A program made the position numbers and the translations under genes. 64,000 nt of DNA from Antechinus flavipes (lineage: Eukaryota), in contig NC_067398.1 of assembly GCF_016432865.1 (NCBI RefSeq), positions 83,390,001 through 83,454,000 of the forward strand, written 5' to 3'. The notes beneath the pieces were generated by a model. It saw nothing but the letters and a program-made list of their open reading frames with translations, did no database searches and was not told where the DNA came from. This document shows positions 12,721 through 24,249 of the stretch, piece by piece (the stretch's first letter is position 1; the number at the start of each line of letters is the position of its first letter).

Positions 12721-13390
12721 CAGCTAGCAAAAATCCCAAGTGCAAACCATATCAGATTAAAATGTAATTGAGAAATGTCTAACAAGATAGAAATACAGTT
12801 ACAACATAGTGGTTTTGGCCTAAAGTAGTCCATATCTGTTTTGAGTTTGATCACTTCCTTGAACAAAAATAGGGAAATTTGAAAGAGGAAAGGGAACAAT
12901 ATAATGGCTTCTTACCTACTGGTCAAAAATCTAGAGCAGAGAACCAAACTAGAGGCACCCGCCATAGCCATGAGATGAATTATTCTAAAGAGTAGAGTAT
13001 GAGTATGCTACAAGTTTGTGTCTCTCATAGAAGGAAACCAATTGGAAGCTTATATAGTTTTGGAAAACTAGGGGTCAGCCCACAGAGGGGCAGAGTGGAG
13101 AAATGTTAAATCTCTATGAATAGAAATAAGATAGTGTAGTTCAAAACCCTATAAATTACTATAGCAGGAAAGGTAAAATATTAGGGTAATGCTACAACAT
13201 CTTGGTGTTTTGGGGATCCTCCTTTGTTTTTTGCTTGTTTATTTGCTATTTTTAATTAGCATCATTCTTTTTCTCTTCCCTCCCCTTGGGGGAAAAAACT
13301 AAAGGAAAAAAAACTCATAACAAATAGTGAAAGCAGTGCAGATAACTTTGTTTTGTGCAAAAAAAGTATTTCTTCTGCATCTTAAGTCTC

Positions 13391-13427
<37 letters not shown>

Positions 13428-13847
13428 AGGCAGTTGTTTAAGTGACTTGCCCAGCTAGGAAGTGTTAAGTGTCTGAGAGCAGAGGAGTCTCATTTTTCAA
13501 TCTGGAAGTGAATACCATTCTTTAGCAGTCCAGGAAATATGATTGGTCATTGTATTGATCAGAGTTCTTAAGTCTTTCAAAGGTATATCATCAACAATGT
13601 TATTATATAAAGTATTCTCCTGGTGCCACCTTCTACTTTGGAGATCTGAGCAAGACCAAGATGAAAATAATAACCCTTTGGATGGAAAGAATGGAATGGT
13701 GAAAAGGTGTTACAGGAGTAAAATAGAAAGAGCTTTACGAATAATTGCATAGGTATAGTAAGGTAGAAGAAAGCAAAAGATGAAAACTTGTAAACCTGAG
13801 TGACTTGAAAGATGGTAGTGTCCTCAACAGAAAGAGGGAAGTTTGTA

Positions 13848-13933
13848 GGGGGTAAGATGGGATTAAGAAGGTAGATAATGATTTCTGTTTGGGGGTAAGA
13901 TGGGATTAAGAAGGTAGATAATGATTTCTGTTT
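13848..13933 (+). repeat. Perfect 43-bp tandem duplication
   Basis: gggggtaagatgggattaagaaggtagataatgatttctgttt occurs twice head to tail. Confidence 0.95.
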
Positions 13934-14039
13934 TAGCTTTGTGTTGAGTATAAGTTACTGATGAGTCATTAAAGTAGAGATAAATACGGAACAGTTGGCT
14001 TCTTTACAGAACTGGAGGTTCTTCTCTCCCCTCTCCCCC

Positions 14040-14920
14040 ACCTATCATTCTTTTCCCCCTCCTCCCCTTTGAGTTTTTTCTTAAAAACAACACCATCCTT
14101 CCCATCCCTGTAATCCACAACTTAAGTCATCTTTCATTCTTTTTTCCTTCACCCTTCTCCCCTCAAATGTCAAGTCTTCAGCATTCTACCTCATCAACCT
14201 GTATTACATCCATCCCTATCTTTACAATCACAAAGCTGCCACTTCAGTTCAGGCCCTCTTCACCTTTCATCTTAGAGTACTGCAAAAATCTGATCTTTGC
14301 TGCTTCTGTCTCTTTCCAATTTATATTTCATACTGTTTATAAAATACTCTTCTTGACACAAGTATGATCATGTCATCCCTCTGCCCAACCCACCCTCCAA
14401 AAAAATCTTCAGTGGCTTTCTGTTGCCTTATGATAAAATTCAGATTCTTCACCCTGGCTTTTAAGGACTTCCATAGTCTGACTTTCTACTTCCCCACTTC
14501 TTTGTTATATAATTCCCCCTAATTTCCTCTACATTCCAGCCAAACTGGCCTGCTAATTTTCCCCCTTCAGCATTTCCATCTCCAGCCTCCATGCTTTTGT
14601 CCAAGTGGTTTCTGTTTGTCTGCAGTGCTTGTCCTCATTACTTTTACCTCTTGGGATGACTAATTTCTACAAGACACAGTTCAGGTGCTACTTCTTGCAA
14701 GAGGCCTTTACTGATTTCTTCCAAGGTTGTTTGTGCTCCTTCCTTTTTGCATTATTTTGTATTGACTTTGTGCTCTTATTTTCATGGTTGTGTCTGTTTC
14801 CCCCCTCCTGCCCCTTTTCTCTCCTTTTAGTCTCCTAAGATTTCAACTCTTTTGACTTTATAGCTCTGCGTATTCAACATAGTAGGTACTTAGCTAGTAA
14901 ATGTTTGTTGAATTGAGATG
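14040..14920 (+). mobile_element. Ancient LINE-2 fragment with 3' tail
   Basis: CT-rich body ending in the L2-type tail catagtaggtactta...aaatgtttgttgaattga; boundaries approximate. Confidence 0.6.
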
Positions 14921-15549
14921 AAATGTACCTTCATATATTGAAAGAGATAGTGTGTGTTTGAATGTGTGTGAGAGACAGAGACAGAAGGGCTCAGAATAGA
15001 GCTTTAGAAGGCTCCCACACTTAGCCAGTAGTTGGATAATGATCCAGCAAAGGAAACTGAGAAGAACCAGTCAGATAGGAGAATCTGAACAGAGAGGTAT
15101 AATAGCCAAAAGGAGAGTATTCAGGAAGAGGTGGTCAGCAGTATCAAAAACTGCAAAAAGTTAAGGTCAGTGAATACTGAGAAAGGGTGGGATTTGGCAG
15201 TTGGGTTAGTTGATAACCTTGGAGAAAGTTTCAATTGAGTGTTATATAGGAAAGAAAGGTGGGAGAACTGAAAAGTCTCCTGAATAGGTGAAGAAAGTAA
15301 AAAAAAAAAAAAATCTAAGATTTAGGAGAACAAGTAGCTTGAGGGAGCAGAATCAGATGTGACTTTTTTTTTTTTTTTAAGACAAAAAATCCTGGGTATG
15401 CTTATGGACTGTCAGGAATGGGACAAAAGAGAAGAGATTGAAGATTAAGGAATGATTCCAGAGGCTAGCTAGCTCCTTTTGGAGACTGGGAAGAGGGTAG
15501 AAAGTAAAGATTTGGCCTTAGCCAGGAGATGAAAATGGGGTATAATATT

Positions 15550-15770
15550 TGTTGCTGTTTAGTCAGTTCAGTCGGATATAACTCTTCATGACCTCACTTG
15601 GGGTTTTCTTGGCAAAGACACAGAAGTGGTTTGCCATTTCCCTCTAACCCATCTTATTGATGACTTGCCCAGAGTCACACAGCTAATAAGTGTCTGAGAT
15701 CAGATTTGAACCCACGAAGATAAATCTTTCTGACTTCAGGCCTGGAATTATATACTGTGGCACAGGGCTG
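15550..15770 (-). mobile_element. Marsupial CORE-SINE (MAR1/MIR-type)
   Basis: ttggggttttcttggcaaagacacagaagtggtttgccatttcc plus core gacttgcccagagtcacacagcta. Confidence 0.7.
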
Positions 15771-16834
15771 CCTCCCCCATCAGATTTCAGTTCCCCTCAA
15801 GCTGTTAGGGCTGTCGATGGTTTGGGGAAATCATGAAGATACCTATCTCTCACCTTCCCAGTGCCCAATTTTCTGACAATAACATGCTTAAGTTCTTCAG
15901 AGAAGACTAGTTAGGAATTTGGGAGTCATATGACTCCAAGTCTGGTAAGTAGGATTGATCCCTTTTTTCTCATATGACAGGAAGAAAGTAGTCACTCAGG
16001 ACTGACACTGTGACTCTGACACTAAAGAAAAGCTATGATTTGGGTCCTTTTTAGCAGGATATTTTTGAGGTCGAGCAATAATGTCAGATAATAAGCCTTT
16101 CTGGATGCCATTTAGGCCTGACCTGGAAAGTTTTTGTGGGTAGAGACTTGCTGCACTGGGGCCCAGGACTGGAGTCATTTTCATTAGTATCTAATTTAGG
16201 GGATAGGATAGGAAATGCCATGGTCCTGAGGCCTCTAGGTGCCTGCCAACAAATTCTGTTGGTACAGGCTTCCTGCCATTTTAAAGCAGACTTCAAGACA
16301 CTGGCTATACCAGCTGTTCCTTCTGAGGCAAAGCACAGCAAGCCTGGACTGCTAGCTGCGGCTGCTTGTAGCCCCCCAGGCCTGGGCACAGAACCTGACC
16401 GTGCTGGATCCTCTGCAGATATGGGAGCTCAGGGTGGAAGCCTCAGGCAATTCAGTAGGCATCTCCTCTCCCTAATTGGGGCCCCCAGGGCTTCCACCCA
16501 CTGGTTTCCCTCCTGCCTCATGCTCTACCAGAAGCTGTGCCTTTGGTCATGAGAACTTCTTATCTCTGTGACTTAGGTGTCTTTGGGAAACTCTCCAGGC
16601 CACGCTTTGGGTCAGACAATAAATGTGTTAAACTTTGTGCAGGCCCTGGGCTGAGGGCTGGAAATTTTTTTAAGAAAGCAAAAGACTGTCCTGCCCTTGA
16701 GCTCCCAGTCTAATGAAGCGTTCCATACATAGTTTATACTTATTTGGGGGATGTTGGGCAGGCTGTGCTCCCTGAACCTTGATTCAGTTAGGAGAGCCGC
16801 AATCTTGATGGCACTTTGTCCTCTGCCCCTGCAG

Positions 16835-16955
16835 TTCCATGTATTATGATGAAGATGGTGACCTGGCCCACGAGTTCTATGAGGAAACAATTGTCACCAA
16901 GAATGGGCGGAAGCGTGCCAAGCTGAGGAGGGTGCAGAAGAACCTGATCCCTCAG
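16835..16955 (+). CDS. TUSC2: TUSC2 coding exon 2 (SMYYDEDGDLAHEFYEETIVTKNGRKRAKLRRVQKNLIPQ)
   Basis: 121 nt, CAG/GTGAGG boundaries; YDEDGDLAHEFYEE is diagnostic. Confidence 0.97.
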
Positions 16956-17897
16956 GTGAGGGAGAGCAAGAGAGACAGGGCCCCTCTCCAGCCTCCACCC
17001 TCATTCCCTTGGGTCCTCATAATCCACCGGGGATTAGCCCCCCCAAATAAACTGAAGCTCAGCAGAACTCTATTCTCCTGGACCAAATCTGCTTTGATCA
17101 TTACTTCTGAGAGGCCAATCTGGAAGTACAGTGCTTCTTGCAATAGTGTCTCCAAGGAGGGGATAAACTGAAAGGGCCTTTGCTTGACCTTATTCTACCT
17201 CTTTCTTAGCTGAGGCTACCATAAAGTCTGGTAAAGGATTAGAGGGTCCACGTATCTCCACATTAGCTGTTATTCACACAGTGCTTATGGACTGAGACTT
17301 GGGGACAGGAATAGCAAGGCCAGCCTGGGAAGGCTCACTGGAAGCCAGGACAGACTAGAATAAAACTTTAGGCTGGGTCTGTCATTCACTCCACAAACAT
17401 TTATGAAAAGCTTTCTATGGGCATTGCTAGACCTTGGGGGTAAGTAAGATCATTGGAGTGTCTATCTAAATAATTGTAACCCAAATTAAAGTATAAAAAG
17501 GCATTTAAAAGGAACTTAAAGCACTTTGGTATTAGATAAAAGAGAAATCACTTGCAATAACTGACGTTTCTATGGACTTTTAAGAGTGACCAAAGTACTT
17601 TATGTACATTCTCAAACTTTGAGCTTTCCAGCAGGCCTGTAAGGTTGTGGTATTTATTCCCCTTTTTAAACAGAGGAGGAAAACAGGGTGAGAGATTAAG
17701 GGACTCAGCCACTAAATATTAAAGCTGATCTTTGAACCTGGGTCTTCCTGGCTCTCTGGTCAGCATCTTTGCAGAATATTACATGGCTTCAGGAGTGTGG
17801 GGAGCAAGGGCTGGCAGGAGACTTCAGGAGAGAACCTTAGGGCCTGAGATAGGAAGGCTTCTTGGGCAGGGCCTAACAGTATCAATTTTATTTTCAG

Positions 17898-17963
17898 GGT
17901 ATCGTGAGGCTAGATCACCCTCGCCTCCACGTGGATTTCCCGGTGATCATCTGTGAGATGTGA
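17898..17963 (+). CDS. TUSC2: TUSC2 last coding exon (GIVRLDHPRLHVDFPVIICEM*); total 118 aa
   Basis: ttttcag acceptor, in-frame TGA at 17961-17963. Confidence 0.96.
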   Translation, partial: GIVRLDHPRLHVDFPVIICEM

Positions 17964-20900
17964 GCCCTGCAGCCCCTTCCTGCTCACATCCCAAGTCTGT
18001 GGGGTGGTGGGTATGGACATCGGGGTAGGAGGAGGGGCAGCAGGGCCAGAAAGAGGCCTTGGCTGTGAAAAACTCCCCACTTCCTTGGCAGGGCACACCA
18101 AGCTGCTGAACCCACAAGTTCAAAGTGTGGGTTCTGATGAGAGGTGCCTGGGTTAACGCAGCAGCCCCAGAATGAATTCCACCTGACAGGGCCCTTTTGT
18201 GGGCCATATTTTTTCATCTGCAAGCCAAGGGGTGGGAATGCTGGGTGCCCAGTTCTGTTTCTTCCACAGTACTGGGTGATGTCAGTTTGAGGGAAGTTTG
18301 GGATAAAGGATGGTTGGCTTGGTTCACTTCAGTAGGTATTTTCTCCAAGATCTGAGTGCCTGGGTAAAGGAAGGGGGTAGGTTACTCAGTTTCTCTTCCT
18401 AACCCCCAAAGCCCATCCCACCCTCCAAAATCCAGAGGAGTGTCAGAAAATAAAAGCTGGGTGAAAGCTCAGGCCAGGAATTTCAGGGTACAATTTCCTT
18501 CCTTCTGACCTCAATCACCTAACATCCTTCCCCTCCAGTTTCCTTGTAGCATGCACCTCTCCCACTGCCCAGCTTGGGAGAAGGAGCAGGAGAGGCCTGG
18601 GGCTTGATCACTGTCAGGGAGACAAGGGGACACAGCACTTTATGAGCAGGGTCTCCTCTTTTCCTGGTCCTTCCCCTTGTGTCCCCAGGGGCTGTGGGGC
18701 TGACCACAGGGAGCTTTGCTATGCACAAGCAGGACCCTCCTTTCTCCTTCCCCTCACATTTCTGAGCATTTCAGCCGTTTGCTACCTCGATTCCTTCCAC
18801 CCCCGAGGGAGGCTGGTCTCAACGAATCTCACAACCCCCCTGATCCCCTGCTCTGCTCCCAGCTCTCAGTTAGTTCAGCCTGCTAGAACTGAAGGGGATT
18901 GGAAGACCCTCTGTCTAGGGTGAGTGTCACTTCCTACACTGTGATCCTCTCCCTCCCCCCCAACACTTGGTTCCTGAGGGTCTGGTTGGAAAAGGGCAGC
19001 AGATACACTTGGAAACCCTAAAATTGGTAGAAAAGCATAACCCCCAAGGATATGGGGGAGAGCCCTGCTGGGCTGCTAGAGAAGCCTTTTTGGTTCTCAC
19101 ACCAACCCCTAGGAGAAAGGGGGGACTTTCCACCACACTACACTTGATATGCCCTTCAGGCATGTGCCCATCAGCTCTGGAGAGCACAATTACAACCCCC
19201 ATTACATACATACATAAACACACACACACAGACCGTTAAAATAAGCAATTCTGCCCACCTGGCAAACTTACCCATATCTTTAGTGCCCTGGCCCCTCTCA
19301 CCTGGTACTGTGCTGGTCCAATCTCTTCCCCCAGGCTGCTCACCATCTGCTAGTGGGCATGGGTGGGATAGGGAGACCACAGAAGGGAGACTTACAATGT
19401 GAAGGTTTGTAAATAGTCTTATCTATGTCCATGATATTGTTGAAGCAGAAATTCAGTCTGTTTACTTTTTAGGGTTACTTTTTAAAATTCCTTTCTGTGC
19501 AAAATGTGCTTTTTTGTGTGAATGTGAAGAGAGACAGTCTGGGGCAGAGGTGATAACAGTGGGAGAAGGGCTGGTTGCTCTTTCTCCCAGCCCAGGCTGG
19601 TGTGCCCTTTTGTTCAGTTTAAATAAATTTATTTGTAGATGATCCCAATGAGTGAGCCATTTATTGGGAATGGGAATCTTTGAAACTGTCCATGTTCTGT
19701 CCAGTATCAACCGCTTTCTCTTCTCCCTCTGAGGAGCCAATTTTATGTGTCCGGGTGCTGTGGAACTTGGGCCCCTAGAAGCCCCCCAAAAAAGCCAAGG
19801 GTGGTGTTGTCACTGGATGGCTGGCCCTCCCTCTTATTCCTCTCAGGTAGGGGAGTTGTGGCAGCTGCTTCCCCAGCTTTCTGGCAGTAGAGGGCAGTAT
19901 CTCCACAGCCAGAAGAGCTTCCTTTTTGGTCGAGAAAGGGTTGGGGGAGGGAGGGGACCGGAGCTTCTGGTCATATTTGAGGAGGACACTTTTTCAGAAG
20001 ATAGTGCTTTGAAATCCATATTTTTGTGTAATGGTTGTCAATTCTGTAAAATGAAATGCTTTGGGAAAATTAGAGCTGATTGTTAATGTGCATTACAGTA
20101 TCAAACAGTACTGACTGAAGGGGATTCCCATCCTGCTTCAGAAATCAGCTGTGTGGTCCTGGGCACATCATTTCTCTGAGCCTCAGACCAAGGTTAGCAG
20201 ACAGTGACCTTTGAATCTTCTAATTCATAAAAAGGAGGCTCTGGATTTTTCTCGCTTTCAGAAATGGACTTTAAAAATTTAAAACTTGAATTGGGTTTGT
20301 CCAGGGAAATGCTTTTTCCAGAGTGATCTGTGGGTGAAAACAGGATTTTATTTTTATCAGCGATTGACTCATCTGGTGTCTTGTGCTCCCTATCCCACAA
20401 GTACGAGACCTTGGGCCAAACAGAACCGAGTGCCAGACTGGGCAGAACAGAACATGAGAGCTCCCATTTCTAAAACGTACCCAGCCCCAGAAACAAACTG
20501 AGATGAAGTGAACAGAAAGAGGAGCTTGGACAGATCACTGTCCTCTGATTTTTACTTCAGCTAGGAATGGAAGTTTCTTCAGGACTCTGCTTAGCAACCC
20601 AGTCCTTTCCTAACACCAATGACCATCTCCTACCACTCTCACCCCACGGAGCTTCAGCCCAGGCTGGAACTGCTCTTTACTTTAATCTAAGAAAGCTATC
20701 CTGCAACCTGTCTGGGGGAGGGGGGGTGGGGGGGAGGCGGTAGAGTACAGCTCTGCTGTAGATTTGGATGGGGGTAGGTGGGAAGAGTCACGTGATGTCA
20801 GTGAATTTGCCAGGGACAGAAGGGGTTCATGGTCTTGTGTTGGGTAAGTGTGGTGGAATCCGAGACTGATTCTGGTTGTAGAGGGTCAGAAGGTCCCCAT

Positions 20901-23900
20901 AGCTTCTTTCTCTGTTCCCATTGGAGCCATGGTACCCCCAGGCTTCTCAGGAATCCAGATACCCTCCTTCCCAGCCGAGAGTCCTCTGGATTTCAGGGGG
21001 GTTTCTCATGCTGGGCTTAGAAGAAATTATAAAAGATTGGGGGTTGGGGGAGGCTGACTCCTGCCCCTCTCACCAAACCCTCACCCAGGTTATTGCTACT
21101 CATCTATGCCAGCCACTACCCCTCCCCAAGGTTGAACAGGAACTCCCAGCCTGGGATGGAGCTGCTTCATCTGATCCCCAGAGTTGGGAACAATGAGGGT
21201 CGAAGCCAACACTTCCCTCATTCCCAGTGGCCTGAGCTCACTTCCTTCCTCCTTCAAGCCCTCAGAGGGAGCCTCCCTAGTCTGACCAGGGGCCCCCTGC
21301 TCTGCTCAGCTTTTCCTTTTCTCCTCCTCCCATTCCTTGGGGGCTCTTTTTGATCAGGTAATTGAGGATTCTAGACCCTCCTCATTCATCTCATTGTCCC
21401 AGTTCTCTCCCTCTGCATACAAGCCCTCAAATCCTGCTCAGCACAGGGAAAGGATTTCAGGGACATATCCTCACAGGATTTTAGGATTTAGAAGGAAAAA
21501 ACCTTAGAGATTGTCTAGTCCGAATCCTGCAGGCTTCCTTTTATTGGAAGAATGGCCAGGGAGCCAAGAATCAATTATCCCCAGGTATCCAGAATCTGGG
21601 GAAGAGGATGAGCTCCCTGGATTATTTGGTATGGAGGGAGAAATCATTAGTCAAATCAACAAGTATTGATCATTAGCCACCAACAAACACCATATTCCTA
21701 GATGAACTTTGAGTAGCCTCAAAGCAAGGCAAAAGACCTCCTTTCCCCAGTGCCCTAACATTTGCAGTTTAGCTAGCTAGCCAAAGAGCTGGCCTCGGTG
21801 GTCCCTGCTGCTGCATACCCCTCTGAGAGTAGAAAGGGGGACAATGGTTAAGGAGTGTGGAGAGTAAAATGGGGCTAGATAAAAGGGGCCATTTCTGCTT
21901 ACCCACCCCACTCCAGACACTGGCGTGTGACAGTAATATGCACATTACACCAGTACCGGACGAACATACATCCATAGATTCCAAAGAATTTAGAGCTGTA
22001 AGAAGTCTAAGGAAATATTCAGACATTCTCTTTTAGAGATGAGGATTTTTGAGAGCCAAAGATGTTGAGATTTGCTGAAATTCACACAAATAAGTGGCAG
22101 TGCCAGGATTCAATCCCAAAGTGATTTCCGATATTGTAATCTTACCACTACACACATGTACAAAGGAATATATGCATTGGATTACTTGCTGTCTAGGGGA
22201 GGGAAGGAGAAAAATTTAGAACACAAGGTTTTGCAAAGGTGAATATTGAAAACTATCTTTGCATGTATTCTGAAAATAAAAAGCTATCAAATTTTTGAAA
22301 CAAAATTTATGCACACATGCATATATGAGAATATGGATATACATATTCTTGGCTCTGAAGGCTTTGGGTGGAATTTCTCTGCTGTTAGTGGAAAAAACCT
22401 GACTCAGCTCATGGAAGTTCCTTCTCTTGCCCTCCACCTCTTCCCCCCCCCCACCTTCCTGCCTCTTCCCTCCACACCCTACACCCTAACAGATAAAGCT
22501 TTCTTCCTCAGTGCCCAGCCTAATCCCTCTCAAGCTCGTCTCCCATTTCAACTCCTTCAGTGGCCTGAGCCAGTAGCCTGGCACTGCCCCTGGCATGGGC
22601 TTAATTATCGAGCTGAATGCCTGAACAGGCTTCTCCTTATTCATTTTCACTTTCGACTGAGGTGTCTCATGGTCAAAAGACCATGGGGGAGATGGAGATG
22701 TTTGAAGCAGCTTCTCCCCTATCTTCTGCCACCTTCCTGCCCCAATACCCTCTCCCAGGTGATTCTCCCTTTACAGATCAAGTCCTCTAATTCCCTGATC
22801 CCGTTTGGGATTTTTAGCTCCCAGAGGCCAAGGGTATTTATGGAAAGGGAGGGGGAGGCTCAACCCAAGATGGGCCCCTAGGGAAAAGCATAGACTGGGG
22901 ATGCCGGAGGCAAGTTGGGAGAGATTCTGGCCTCTTCCTGCCCACCCACCCGCCTCTGGTCATAGGTCTTTTCCTCTTGGAGGGGCAGCAGGAAATGAGG
23001 AAAGGGAGGGGATGGGACTTCAGCAGGAACACCAGGCATTAGGGACCAAGCACTAGAGAGGCAGGCGGCAGCTAGAGTCAGTGATCCTAGGCATCTGGAG
23101 GAGTGCAGGCGGACAGAAGGTCGATAACAGGCTTTGGCCTTCTGAATGATGTGGAAAAGCAGAAAGAAATTGTTCCTGGGGTCCTGAGAACAGAGAAGGG
23201 ATCCGGAGTAGGCTCAGGCAGAAGAGAACATCCATTTCTTTGTTCTGGCCCCGATTACCCAAGCCACAAGCATTAACGGAGAACCAGGTCCCCATACAGG
23301 TGAGCCCAGCCCATTATGTTGCTGGGGGTTGGGGTGTGCTTGACCATGGGTGGAGGGAGTGCTGAAAAGTGCAAGTGATTTCGGTGTGGTGGGGGAACCT
23401 GGCAGCCTGAACAACTAGGGTCCCCATTTCTGCCACAGGCGGATGGCTTGAGTCTCCCAGACTTGGGGAGGACACCACAGAGGGAATTGTATTTGACGGG
23501 GGAGAACCTATTTTGTGATCCTTTGTCCAGGGATACAGCAACATTTGGGCTTTGGACACCTTGAACAGAAAGGAAAGTCTCCCTGCCTATGGGTGAATAG
23601 TTAGAATGGGGGGGGGGGGGAGTTTCTAGCAAGGGTAAGTGGGTGTGATTGACAAGAACTAGAAAGGGGAGCGGGGTTCTGGGGCCCTAGGGCTGGTGAA
23701 GCAGCTTTTTGAACAGTTAAGCCAGCCGGAGGTTGGGAGGACTGGAACTTCCTGCGGGATTTCTCTCAGGTTTCCTGCCTCATTTCAGGAGCTCAGCAAG
23801 GTCTATTGGCCTCTCCTTTGTTTGAAGCCTGGAGGCCCGTCCCCAAGCTGAAGGTTCAGCCATGTCAGTATCCCCCCACCCCAACAGTGGTCATGAGGGG

Positions 23901-24249
23901 AGGAACAGGTTCCTGAGAGGAAATGGGGGAGAGGGAGGGGTCTGCCCTCTGGACCTCAGTTTTCTCCTTTGAGCAGGGAATTGGGGATAAGACCCTCTAT
24001 CCCAGCAGCTCCTCTCCCTCTTCCCTTGCTAATCCCACCCTCCCCCAGCTCCGAGACCAGGTGGCCACCAGCCTCCTCCCCCAGCCCAGTCAGGCATTCC
24101 CTGGACAGAGGCCTGTTGTCTTAGCAACGAAGGCTTTCAGTCAAAGCCCCAGCCCCCGGGGGGAGTCTGTGGGGCCCTCTGGGAGGAAGGGACCAAGCTG
24201 TTACCCACCCTCCCTCCTCTCCATCCCAGTGCTTTAAGATGTGATGAGG

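Noticed and set aside
23290-23640. Alternative HYAL2 first exons from consensus donors at about 23300 and 23634
   Set aside because: Donor-like hexamers alone are common; nothing else in the sequence supports exons here.
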